DNA of 64,000 nucleotides, from contig CAILIB010000015.1 in NCBI GenBank assembly GCA_903834195.1, positions 53,146-117,145 of the forward strand. Reading direction: 5' to 3'. Shown piece by piece: positions 35,558 to 44,368 of this stretch. How positions within the stretch are numbered: the first letter of the stretch is position 1; every line of letters starts with the position of its first letter. The position numbers and the translations under genes are program-made. The notes beneath the pieces were generated by a model, which was given only the letters and a program-made list of their open reading frames with translations, was not told the origin of the DNA and did no database searches. The stretch is from an uncultured Candidatus Berkelbacteria bacterium. GTDB taxonomy: Bacteria; Patescibacteriota; UBA1384; CAILIB01.

Positions 35558-36313
35558 TTATTTACACCCTTCCCAAATCCTCAAAAATTGTTTCCGCGTA
35601 AAGTTTGCTAGTTGTGCAGACTGTAAAACAATCATATTGCTCGATCCAGCCTGAATGGTCTGGTAACAAACCTGGTCACGCCATACCCACTGGTGAACAT
35701 TAGTAGTTAAAGGTTCTGGTGTATAGCGAAACTCGGTCACTGACCAGCCCACTTCTTCGTTATGCTTTTGTGTTCGCAAACCCTCAGGGAGTAGACAGCG
35801 GACTTTAACGCCGATATTTACTTGGCTTTCCAAATATTCGTGATAGAACTTTTCATCTAATTTGTACCAGTTCTCTAGGTTTCCAGATGAATAGAGGAAG
35901 AAATCATCATCAGTTTGTGCGGTATCCATAAAATGACGGTACCATTCCCGCATAGAAAGAGGGGTATCATACACAGTCACCAGGGGTACCTCAGCTGGAA
36001 TTGCCTGAATGTTAGTGAGGCTGGGAACAATGTTTTCAATTCTATCCTTGAGATCTTCTACAAGTGTCAAAAGCTGGCTAGGTGGGAGCGCCTGGTAATA
36101 GGGGCGCTTACCTTGAGAGACTTCTTTTATAAGGCCGCGGTCAAGTAAGTCAGGAAGTAGTAAGTACAAGGCCTGCCTACTGGTATTAAGGTTGCGTGCG
36201 GTTTCGGTAACGGTTGCTGGGCCACTGCGAAGTAAACCCAAGTAAAGCTCAGTTTGGTTACGGCTTAGACCTAAATACGAAAGGGTCTCATTGATGTAAC
36301 GGATATTTTTCAT
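35558..36313 (-). CDS. TrmB-like regulator, paralog 4 (closest to paralog 8)
   Basis: LSYLGLSRNQTELYLGLLRSGPATVTETARNLNTSRQALYLLLPDLLDRGLIKEV; ends FLRIWEGCK. Confidence 0.75.
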   Translation of the reverse strand: MKNIRYINETLSYLGLSRNQTELYLGLLRSGPATVTETARNLNTSRQALYLLLPDLLDRGLIKEVSQGKRPYYQALPPSQLLTLVEDLKDRIENIVPSLTNIQAIPAEVPLVTVYDTPLSMREWYRHFMDTAQTDDDFFLYSSGNLENWYKLDEKFYHEYLESQVNIGVKVRCLLPEGLRTQKHNEEVGWSVTEFRYTPEPLTTNVHQWVWRDQVCYQTIQAGSSNMIVLQSAQLANFTRKQFLRIWEGCK

Positions 36314-36382
36314 ATGTCAATAAAAGTATGACACTTAATCATATATAAGTCAATATAAACCTGAAAATATATCATTATATTA

Positions 36383-36411
36383 TTGACATTTATATTTCTA
36401 TATGGTTAAAT
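36383..36411 (+). promoter_or_regulatory. promoter for methyltransferase 36449
   Basis: TTGACA (36383-36388), 17-nt spacer, TTAAAT preceded by TG (extended -10). Embedded in the 17-mer TATATTATTGACATTTA. Confidence 0.5.
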
Positions 36412-36448
36412 TGCGAATTCCAAACCTGCAAAGGTGGTGAACATTCAC

Positions 36449-37210
36449 ATGAACAATAAAACTGATTACAACCAACTCGCTGGAGATTTTACTGACTACA
36501 AAGCGAATAAGAATAGTATCGAATGGGTACAGGGTTACAATCGCTTGACTGGCCTTTTGGGATTCTCATTGAAGCCGGGTGATACCGTACTCGACTTTGG
36601 GTGCGGCACAGGAAACTATGCGCGCACGTTGAAGGAAACGTATCCTGGCCTCGTTGTTATCGGGGTAGACTCGGCGCAGTCAATGGTGGATGAGGCCCGT
36701 CGACTTGACCCTTCGGGAGATTATGTACTATACAACGGCGGGATTCAGGACGAGGACAATCTTAAAAGTTACTCAGGTAACTTGGAGGAGCTTGTTAATG
36801 GACGGGTTATTAATGCCGCTGTGGCTAACTTTGTTTTCTGTACAATGCTCAACCCATACGAGATCTTGGGAATCTGTAAAGAAATTCACAAGGTTTTAAA
36901 AACAGGATGCCCATTTTACATCATGGAAACCAATTGGCCTGTTGCTAACGGAAAGGATTACGGGCAATTTAGGTGCCTGCATTATCCTGAACTTAAGCAG
37001 TTCCAAGAGGTGGAGACTATTCTTCGCAAACCCGACGGAAGTGAGGTTCTTGTAACAGATTTATATCTGGGCGATACTTTTTACGGGCACGTTTTGGGAG
37101 ATATAGGAGTTTCGTGTACATACGAAAATGAACCAGAAAATGGAGTCTTTCGATCTCGTCACTACTGGGATAGTCCGATCATGCTTAGGAAGATTGTGTG
37201 GAAGGAGTGA
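36449..37210 (+). CDS. class I SAM-dependent methyltransferase (cargo of paralog 4)
   Basis: VLDFGCGTGNYA motif I. Start ATG 36449 (MNNKTDYN) parallels the paralog at 58952 (MNNTNYGD) and follows AAAGGTGG. Confidence 0.8.
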   Translation: MNNKTDYNQLAGDFTDYKANKNSIEWVQGYNRLTGLLGFSLKPGDTVLDFGCGTGNYARTLKETYPGLVVIGVDSAQSMVDEARRLDPSGDYVLYNGGIQDEDNLKSYSGNLEELVNGRVINAAVANFVFCTMLNPYEILGICKEIHKVLKTGCPFYIMETNWPVANGKDYGQFRCLHYPELKQFQEVETILRKPDGSEVLVTDLYLGDTFYGHVLGDIGVSCTYENEPENGVFRSRHYWDSPIMLRKIVWKE

Positions 37211-37254
37211 TAGATATGTTTGAAGCACTTGAGAGCTTACTAAGCTTTTTACAG

Positions 37255-37280
37255 GGCCACTGAGAAATCAGTGGTCTTTT
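37255..37280 (+). terminator. rho-independent terminator
   Basis: GGCCACTGA-GAAA-TCAGTGGTC followed by TTTT. Confidence 0.75.
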
Positions 37281-37360
37281 AATGCCAACAATAGTTTAGG
37301 ACTTGTAGAGTGGGTTTCTTGTTTTGAGAATGTCCCTAAACATCGTCAAAATCAGATATC

Positions 37361-38080
37361 ATGTATTACATGATAGCTGAATCAAAAATCTTTACCTTTA
37401 CTCACAATGCTTATGGTGAGGACAGGTTTATCCTACCGCAAGTGTGCGACGGCTACATATTATTGGGTATAGCTGATGGACACAATGGAACAGTGGCAGC
37501 GGAGCATTGTTCTCGCCATGTAATAAATGGTTTTTTAGAAAGCTCTCAAGCAGATCCTGGTGAACGTATGTGCGAGGCCCTTCAAACAATATTAGAAGAT
37601 TTAGCAGAGGAAGTTTCTGGGACTACGCTCTCTCTATGTTGTGTAGATATGGAATCTTCCCAGATGTGGGGCGCATTTATTGGGGATTCTCCTATTGTGC
37701 AGTATCAGAAAGATAATTCGTATAGTTCACCTATTCCTCATAATGTGCGCTGTAATTCAAGGGAGTTAGAACGGATTTTACTGCAAGGTGGCCGTGTAGA
37801 AGGAGGCTATTTAAGGGATGATGCTAATCGCGGACTACAACTGAGTCGTTCAATTGGCGATGCGTCTTTCGGAGGCCCGATATTACGTGACCCTGAAGTT
37901 TTCACAAACAACACTATAGATTGCCGAGCTATTGTGGTGGCATCTGACGGGTTCATAACAAACTCTGATGATATTGAATCTTTAGGAGAGGTTCTAGTCG
38001 AAGGAAAAGCTTCAGTATCTGATTGGTCCCAGAAGAGAAAATACGACGACGACGCATCAGTTGTGATTCTCTATATCTAA
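37361..38080 (+). CDS. PP2C-family Ser/Thr phosphatase
   Basis: GIADGHNG, FIGDSP, LSRSIGD and VVASDGF motifs. Confidence 0.8.
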   Translation: MYYMIAESKIFTFTHNAYGEDRFILPQVCDGYILLGIADGHNGTVAAEHCSRHVINGFLESSQADPGERMCEALQTILEDLAEEVSGTTLSLCCVDMESSQMWGAFIGDSPIVQYQKDNSYSSPIPHNVRCNSRELERILLQGGRVEGGYLRDDANRGLQLSRSIGDASFGGPILRDPEVFTNNTIDCRAIVVASDGFITNSDDIESLGEVLVEGKASVSDWSQKRKYDDDASVVILYI

Positions 38081-38118
38081 ATGGGCAGTCAAGAAATAAG
38101 CTCTTATTGCTGTTTTTA

Positions 38119-38883
38119 TTACACGTGTGCTTGTCCCCACACACCCTCAAAAAACATATGCATAGTCTGATAATACGAAGCACTCGAAATCAACATTGCG
38201 TATGGCCGTTCCTTGGTTTGCGAAAAAATAGCTACCTTATCGTCATACATGTGAATATGGCTTTCTGGCGTAAACCACTCGGGAGCGATTCGAGCTTCGC
38301 GGTTCTCACCCGGGGCAATACTCACTTTTTTGTATCCTGTCTTGGTGTATTCTTTAATATCCTTGGCAAGTCGGAGTGAAATGTACTTAATTTTCCGCTT
38401 GGCCACTTGTTCTAGGTAGTCTTCAATAAATGTGTTGCCCACATGACTGTGGCCAGAGGCATAGACAGGAATGGCACGGATTTCTTTTGCATTCGTCTGG
38501 AGTGATAGTCGAAAAACTTCCTTAATACCTTCAACTCCTTCAAACATCTGTACAGATGGCTTGGCATCCTCCTGCTTATATAAGGAAAACAGGAGTGGGA
38601 CGACGTCATCAACTTTCTTAAGCCTTGCCACCATGATTTCCTTTAGTCGGGCCGGAGAAGCGGCAGTGTAGTGCTGGCGCCGATTGCGTACAGTCATACT
38701 GATCAGACCAAGCTGACGGAAGCTCTCAAGGTAGTTATAGACAGTAGTACGTTTAATACCTGCCCGTTCAGCAATAGGGATGATGCTTGACTCTCCAAGT
38801 TCTACCATGGCTAAATACACCCGTGCCTCTTTATCGGTGAGGCCAGTTTCTTGGAGCGCGGTTATTAATTGGGTATTTTCCAT
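38119..38883 (-). CDS. TrmB-like regulator, paralog 5
   Basis: MENTQLITALQETGLTDKEARVYLAMVELGESSIIPIAERAGIKRTTVYNYL...; ends FEGVWGQAHV. The ORF-track ATG at 38904 abuts the predicted -10 box, so ATG 38883 is preferred. Confidence 0.75.
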   Translation of the reverse strand: MENTQLITALQETGLTDKEARVYLAMVELGESSIIPIAERAGIKRTTVYNYLESFRQLGLISMTVRNRRQHYTAASPARLKEIMVARLKKVDDVVPLLFSLYKQEDAKPSVQMFEGVEGIKEVFRLSLQTNAKEIRAIPVYASGHSHVGNTFIEDYLEQVAKRKIKYISLRLAKDIKEYTKTGYKKVSIAPGENREARIAPEWFTPESHIHMYDDKVAIFSQTKERPYAMLISSASYYQTMHMFFEGVWGQAHV

Positions 38884-38904
38884 AGTGTCTATTAATATAG
38901 ACAT

Positions 38905-38933
38905 ATTATAGCATTAACCTGATATCTAGTCAA
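38905..38933 (-). promoter_or_regulatory. consensus promoter for TrmB paralog 5
   Basis: Minus strand reads TTGACT (38933-38928), 17-nt spacer, TATAAT (38910-38905). Confidence 0.7.
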
Positions 38934-38961
38934 TTATATACTATAAATACTGTCTATATTA

Positions 38962-38990
38962 TTGACATTTAGCCAAAAAACGTGTATATT
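38962..38990 (+). promoter_or_regulatory. promoter for GC-rich methyltransferase
   Basis: TTGACA (38962-38967), 17-nt spacer, TATATT (38985-38990). Lies within the 17-mer TATATTATTGACATTTA (38955-38971). Confidence 0.65.
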
Positions 38991-39013
38991 TCCGCCAACG
39001 CTCAATTGAGAGT

Positions 39014-39862
39014 GTGAACGTTTACACAGCGACAGGAGCACAGTACTTACACATGAATATCTTAACTCTTACCACCGAAGGAAAGGCACGTATCGCACTG
39101 AGCGAAGGACTGCAGGACATCGTTGAGGGAGGCGGCTACGGTCGCATCCTCGGCCTTGGCCAGGCAGTCGCCGACGTTCAGGATGATGAGCCTATCATCG
39201 GCGATGAGGCTACAGAGTTCAGTCGTGAGGCAGAGCTTAACCCCTGGCGGTACCAATCGTTCGTCCGCACCGCGTGCGCCCTTGTTAGAGAAGCGGGACT
39301 TCAGGCTCCGTTTATCATCGACATGGGCTGCGGTCCGGCGATCCTCTCATCGATGATCGCCAAGGAGATTCCGACTGCCCAGGTAATGGGCATCGACCTC
39401 TCCGAGGACATGTTGGCAATTGCCAGCAGTACCGCGCGGACGTTTGGGGTAGCCGACAGGCTCAACCTGCACCGACACGACATGCGACTTGTCGCCGGAG
39501 GAGCCTCACGGCTTGCCGACCTTGTTGTGTCACGCAACATGCTGCATCGGGTTGAGGGCCTTAGCGATGCCCTCTACAAACTCGTTTCGGCCGCAAAGCC
39601 GAATGGGGGTATGGTTTGCCTCGCCGCCTTTCGCCAGGTCTCCGACCTGAATCCGAAAGGGCAAGCGGCGTTTGTCTCGGCTGTTCGAGCGCGAAGTGGT
39701 TATGAGAATTTGGAGCGCGCTTTTGTGCGTGCCTACATCTCCGCCCCAAGCTTCATACAGTATAGGCAGGCTGCCTTGGCAGTCGCAAACCGGCTCGATG
39801 TCGCAGACATGCAGGTGCGGGCAGGGAAGAACAATAACGTTGTGGTATTCTTCCGGCGTTAG
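39014..39862 (+). CDS. class I SAM-dependent methyltransferase, GC-rich (likely horizontally acquired)
   Basis: IIDMGCGPAILSS motif I, GIDLSEDML and VVSRNMLH motifs. Alternative start ATG 39053. Hand-counted GC is 60-68% in 60-nt windows, against about 38% in flanking DNA. Confidence 0.75.
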   Translation: MNVYTATGAQYLHMNILTLTTEGKARIALSEGLQDIVEGGGYGRILGLGQAVADVQDDEPIIGDEATEFSREAELNPWRYQSFVRTACALVREAGLQAPFIIDMGCGPAILSSMIAKEIPTAQVMGIDLSEDMLAIASSTARTFGVADRLNLHRHDMRLVAGGASRLADLVVSRNMLHRVEGLSDALYKLVSAAKPNGGMVCLAAFRQVSDLNPKGQAAFVSAVRARSGYENLERAFVRAYISAPSFIQYRQAALAVANRLDVADMQVRAGKNNNVVVFFRR

Positions 39863-40056
39863 GGTTTGGTCCCTCTGTGATCGAGTACGATCCGGCATAT
39901 CTGCCGTTAGCTCAATATTGTCGCTGAACACATATGCGGAATCAGTAGTGATGCTGACCTGGGGATACCAACATGGCCCAGACAAAAGGTGAGTAGAAGT
40001 GTTTCTTTTCCGGCTTAAGCAATTGCTTGAGCCTGATCTAGAGAGTCTTCTCTGTA

Positions 40057-41235
40057 ATGATGTTAGGACAGAACCATATGAGCGAATTAATTCAATTTTC
40101 TGGCGATTCAGCCAGTATTCGTAATCAACCCGTAGAAAAGGGTTTTTTAGTGCACATAGAATGTGCTTCTGGAGATGAAGCGTACGAAGTTGGTCGCACA
40201 AACCAAAAAGCAATGCTTGGCAGCGTGCGGGCTGAAAATGCTCCACAGTATCGCTTTACTCGAGAAGACTCTCTTGTGAATCTACGTGCTGCCGACCTTC
40301 GAGGTATACATACGTATCCTCACGACATTCATATGAAGGGGTTAGGCGGCAATGACCATCAGTATCTTATCGCTTCTAGCGAGGTAACCCGTACCTATGA
40401 GGCTGATGGAATCGAGACAGTGCGTGCGCCTGAATCTGGAGTGGCTTGTCTTACAGTTACTGCGGGTTTTCATGAGCAGTCCGGCCAAACGGTTGAATCT
40501 GCAACAGAAGCTGCATATACGAAGCTTTTTGAAAAAGTACAAGAGCTAAGAATGCACCCGCTTCGTATCTGGAACTACATGCCTAACATTAATGACGGTG
40601 CCGACAGTGAAGGAAATGGTGCGAGTGAGCTGTATAAGCAGTTCAATGCTGGTCGGCACAAAGCTTGGCAGGCGTACGATCCTGATTTTTCAGAGGTCTG
40701 TTCGGCAACCGGCATTGGAAATACTAACCCGTATAAAGGGATAGATATCACGTGCCTCGCCACGAAGCACCCGGTTATTCACTTGGATAACCCGAACCAG
40801 ATTCCGTTTTTGCAGTATGATGCCGAGCGTTTTGGGGTTCAACCATGTTCACGACGGGGAACAATACACCTTACCCCTGGCGGCATTGAGATCTATATTT
40901 CTGGTACTGCCAGTATTACAGGTCAGGACAATCGATTCGCTGGGGATATAGAACCAAAAGATATTCGGATGCAAACCAGGCAGACTCTTGAAAATATCCA
41001 GGCACTTGTCTCTCAAGAAAATCTGGCTGCATATGTAAGCGTAGATCAGGATATTCCTGAGTATCAACTCGCTGATCTCAAGGCACTTCGGGTGTACATA
41101 CGAAATGAAGAAGACCTTCCGATTATTCAGGAAGAACTTGAAGCTGCAGGAATTCCTGCAAATCAGATTATGTACCTTAAGGCAGATATTTGCCGAAAGT
41201 TACTTGATATCGAGATTGAGGCAATGATTGTTTAA
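40057..41235 (+). CDS. chorismatase-like enzyme (FkbO/Hyg5/XanB2 family, RidA-fold)
   Basis: RIWNYMPNIN...LYKQFNAGRHKAW and ISGTASITGQDNRFAGDIEPKDIRMQTRQTLENIQAL resemble conserved chorismatase/YjgF blocks as I remember them. Confidence 0.55.
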   Translation: MMLGQNHMSELIQFSGDSASIRNQPVEKGFLVHIECASGDEAYEVGRTNQKAMLGSVRAENAPQYRFTREDSLVNLRAADLRGIHTYPHDIHMKGLGGNDHQYLIASSEVTRTYEADGIETVRAPESGVACLTVTAGFHEQSGQTVESATEAAYTKLFEKVQELRMHPLRIWNYMPNINDGADSEGNGASELYKQFNAGRHKAWQAYDPDFSEVCSATGIGNTNPYKGIDITCLATKHPVIHLDNPNQIPFLQYDAERFGVQPCSRRGTIHLTPGGIEIYISGTASITGQDNRFAGDIEPKDIRMQTRQTLENIQALVSQENLAAYVSVDQDIPEYQLADLKALRVYIRNEEDLPIIQEELEAAGIPANQIMYLKADICRKLLDIEIEAMIV

Positions 41236-41238
41236 TGT

Positions 41239-41270
41239 AAGGCCACCTGAATCTGGTGGCCTTCTTTTTA
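41239..41270 (+). terminator. rho-independent terminator
   Basis: AAGGCCACC-TGAATCT-GGTGGCCTT followed by CTTTTTA. Confidence 0.8.
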
Positions 41271-41344
41271 TATTAGACACTTTTCAGTACACATCGTACG
41301 AATGTAGCCTGGTGTAGAATCTATAAAGTGGGTATCATTACACC

Positions 41345-41986
41345 ATGAATGAGTTTCCTACGAACTACACAAACCCACCGTCGCCAGAGCAGCTAACACC
41401 TCGAGTTGAAGAGGTTCTTCCTGAGCTGCTTTCTGAAGAACAAATCAAGAAGATTGAGGCGTTATATAAAGATGCCTATGAGAGTCGCTATGTAGGCGAT
41501 GAATGGTTTGAGGAGTCAACCATGAAAAACACATCCTTGGTTGCTTTGTATAAACAGGGGGAGGATATTTTGGCAGCCATTAACTTCAACCAGGAGCGGA
41601 TGATTTCAATTGCTGTGCTTTTTAATGCAACTAATCGAGGTGCTATCCTAATAAGTTTCTTGGAAGAGTTAACTAAAACTCATCCGCATGCCTGGATTAC
41701 GGTTGCTATTGATGCCCCAGCTATGCTCAAGGTTATGGCTAACAAGCGGCTTGATTTTGATCTTATTAATGATCCTGCACATATCCAAGCACTTTTTCAG
41801 TCTACCCAAGGAACTGATAGTCCTGTAGAGCTTGTTATGAGTGAAGAGACAGTGCCAGGTCTAACTCCTAAGCAGGCTGAGAGTGATATAGTACTTCCTG
41901 CATTTTCTCGAGAAAATTCTTACCACGGTGCAGAATACAAGCAACTTGTGTTTCAACATAGGGTTGAGCTGCAAGACTTGAACTAA
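41345..41986 (+). CDS. hypothetical protein
   Basis: 213-aa ORF. No family recognised. Confidence 0.4.
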   Translation: MNEFPTNYTNPPSPEQLTPRVEEVLPELLSEEQIKKIEALYKDAYESRYVGDEWFEESTMKNTSLVALYKQGEDILAAINFNQERMISIAVLFNATNRGAILISFLEELTKTHPHAWITVAIDAPAMLKVMANKRLDFDLINDPAHIQALFQSTQGTDSPVELVMSEETVPGLTPKQAESDIVLPAFSRENSYHGAEYKQLVFQHRVELQDLN

Positions 41987-42073
41987 TTGAGTGTGTAGGT
42001 TTTTTAGATCAGCACCTGTACCATACATTAATTGAGAAACTGATAAGATAATTGTGAATAGCCCATCAATCAC

Positions 42074-43186
42074 ATGTTCTTAATCGCATCCCGTAATCTG
42101 TTCCAAGAGAAAAGTCGCCTTGCAGTTAGTGTGGGCGGTGTTGCCTTTGCAATTATCCTCATGGTTGTTCTTTTTGGAATCTACAATGGCTCCATTGATC
42201 GGGATGTAAAGTTTATACAAGAAAGTCCGGCAGATATTGTCATACTGCGCCAGGGAATGGTTGATATGTACAAGGGCGTTCCACTTGTGTCTCTCGCAGA
42301 TATTGAAAAGATTCGTCAGGAACCGGGTGTACAAAGTGTCACGCCTGTTATCTCTTTGCGTCCAGCTGTAGAAAAAGATGACAAACAGTACAATCTAATC
42401 ATCTCAAGTTTTGATCCTTCAGACCTTAGTCAGGGTCCTTGGGCGCTGTCGCAGGGGACAAAGCAGATTACTGATGATGAAATACTCATTCCAAGTGCAT
42501 TGGCTAAGAAGCTGGGCAAGTCGGTGGGTGATACATTGATCTTTTCTGAGTCTACTAAGTCGTGGCGAATTGCTGGATTAGTGCCAGATGCGTCAAGTTT
42601 TGGCAATAATTACTCCTGGATAACGTATTCTGCAGCGCAATCATTTATCACTGTTCCAAATACGGTAAGTTTCGCGTTTGTGAAACTTACTCAGCCAAGC
42701 GATGTTGCACACGAGGCCAAGGTTTTGCAGGCAAAATATCCTCAAATAAATGTGCGTGACAAAGCAGCGCTGGTTCAAGAAGAGAAAACAAGCTTAGGTG
42801 ATTCGTTCCTACCAATTTTGCAAGCTATTCTTGCAATTGCAGTTCTGATTGGTACGGCCGTAATTGGCATCACTATCTATACGTCTGTCCTGGATAAATC
42901 GAGGGAGGTTGGAATCCTCAAGGCAATTGGGATTAGTAATAAACAGTTGTACCTGACTTCACTTACACAAGCGCTACTCACAACAGTGTTAGGGCTTCTT
43001 GTTGGTATTCTTCTCTCGTTTGCTGTTGGGTGGTTTATATCTACGGCGCTTGATCTGCCGGTTCAAATAAGCCAGTGGACGATTGCATGGGTATCAGGAT
43101 TGGCCCTCGTCATGGGATGCATAGCTTCACTTATTCCCGTCAAACGACTTGCTTCAATTGATCCAGCTGAAGTATTTAAATCATGA
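42074..43186 (+). CDS. ABC transporter permease, FtsX/MacB type
   Basis: TM1, a large extracytoplasmic domain, then 3 C-terminal TM helices (FtsX-like). 4-nt overlap with the ATPase gene. Confidence 0.8.
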   Translation: MFLIASRNLFQEKSRLAVSVGGVAFAIILMVVLFGIYNGSIDRDVKFIQESPADIVILRQGMVDMYKGVPLVSLADIEKIRQEPGVQSVTPVISLRPAVEKDDKQYNLIISSFDPSDLSQGPWALSQGTKQITDDEILIPSALAKKLGKSVGDTLIFSESTKSWRIAGLVPDASSFGNNYSWITYSAAQSFITVPNTVSFAFVKLTQPSDVAHEAKVLQAKYPQINVRDKAALVQEEKTSLGDSFLPILQAILAIAVLIGTAVIGITIYTSVLDKSREVGILKAIGISNKQLYLTSLTQALLTTVLGLLVGILLSFAVGWFISTALDLPVQISQWTIAWVSGLALVMGCIASLIPVKRLASIDPAEVFKS

Positions 43187-43857
43187 ACGTCATAACCGCA
43201 CAGAACATAACGAAGATTTACGGTACGGGTGAGTCAAAAGTCACTGCGCTTGATGATGTTTCTTTGAATGTCGCTGCGGGCGAGGTTGTCCTCATTATGG
43301 GTCCTTCCGGCTCTGGGAAAACTACACTTCTCCTTGTACTAGGTACGCTTTTACATCCTGATTCCGGGGTTGTGACGATTAATGAACAAAATGTGCACGA
43401 GCTCTCTAACCGTGATCTACCAGGGCTTCGGCTAAGGAAAATTGGGTTTATCTTTCAACATTTTAACTTGCTTTCGGCCCTTACGGCTCAAGAGAATGTA
43501 ATGGTTCCGCTATTAATAGCCGGAGTAAAAAGTTCACAGACAAAAAAGAAGGCGGGAGAACTCTTGAAGCGCCTCGGCGTTGCTAAGCGGGCTGGAAGTC
43601 TTCCTCAGAATTTATCAGGTGGCGAAAAACAGCGTGTGGCCATTGCTCGTGCTATGGTTGGTAGTCCTAGCATCCTGCTTGCTGATGAGCCAACGGCCAA
43701 TCTTGATTCAAAAACTGGTCATGAAGTTGTCGAAATACTCTACAAGTACGCTAAAGAAGAGGGTAAGGCTGTCGTTATAGTGAGTCATGATCAGCGTATT
43801 CGAGATATAGCTGACAGGGTGGTCCTCATTGAGGATGGGAAGTTAAAAGAAGTTTGA
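43183..43857 (+). CDS. ABC transporter ATP-binding protein (MacB/LolD-like)
   Basis: Walker A GPSGSGKTT, signature LSGGEKQR, Walker B ILLADEPT. Confidence 0.9.
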   Translation: MNVITAQNITKIYGTGESKVTALDDVSLNVAAGEVVLIMGPSGSGKTTLLLVLGTLLHPDSGVVTINEQNVHELSNRDLPGLRLRKIGFIFQHFNLLSALTAQENVMVPLLIAGVKSSQTKKKAGELLKRLGVAKRAGSLPQNLSGGEKQRVAIARAMVGSPSILLADEPTANLDSKTGHEVVEILYKYAKEEGKAVVIVSHDQRIRDIADRVVLIEDGKLKEV

Positions 43858-43888
43858 TATTTCCTTTAAGCATGAGCTACTCAAGCTT

Positions 43889-44281
43889 TTGTATGAAGAA
43901 ATCCAGATTCCAGTTCGCGGTGTGGTTGCACAGCACCGGTTCAGTAAATTGCCAGTTCAGTATCCAACAGAAATAAGAGCGTTGTTGGATACAACCGATA
44001 TTGTCGATTTTACCAATTTTCTCCAGATTGAGCGCAATGGAAAATGGCTCATTGTGAACGTCACCTGGGATTCACCACTTAAAAAACTTGGCTTTCCGGT
44101 TAATGAAAATTGGGATGGACTTAGTGATATGCGGATGATCGTTGAAGAGATGTGGAATCCTGAAGATTCAATCGCATTTAAAAAAGAAAAAATCGCTGCC
44201 CTGCCAGAGCATGTTCAAAAAGCACGAGAAGAGTTTCTTGCTCAGCTCACTTCTTGGCTTGAGCAGGTTCGGGGAGAGTAA
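43889..44281 (+). CDS. hypothetical protein
   Basis: 130-aa ORF with a non-ATG start. No family recognised. Confidence 0.35.
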   Translation: MYEEIQIPVRGVVAQHRFSKLPVQYPTEIRALLDTTDIVDFTNFLQIERNGKWLIVNVTWDSPLKKLGFPVNENWDGLSDMRMIVEEMWNPEDSIAFKKEKIAALPEHVQKAREEFLAQLTSWLEQVRGE

Positions 44282-44368
44282 TTTCTGGGATTATTCTGAA
44301 TGATTGTTTGGAATTTTAAGTAATTCAAAGATAAAATAAGAATATATATTTATCGTCAACTTAGTTTA

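Noticed and set aside
39301-40246. Long antisense or overlapping ORFs (39301-39540, 39530-40246, 39561-39749, 39672-39992)
   Set aside because: They lie inside or next to the GC-rich methyltransferase gene, have Arg/Ser/Pro-rich nonsense-like composition, and are the expected by-product of high GC. The sense-strand MTase motifs explain the region.
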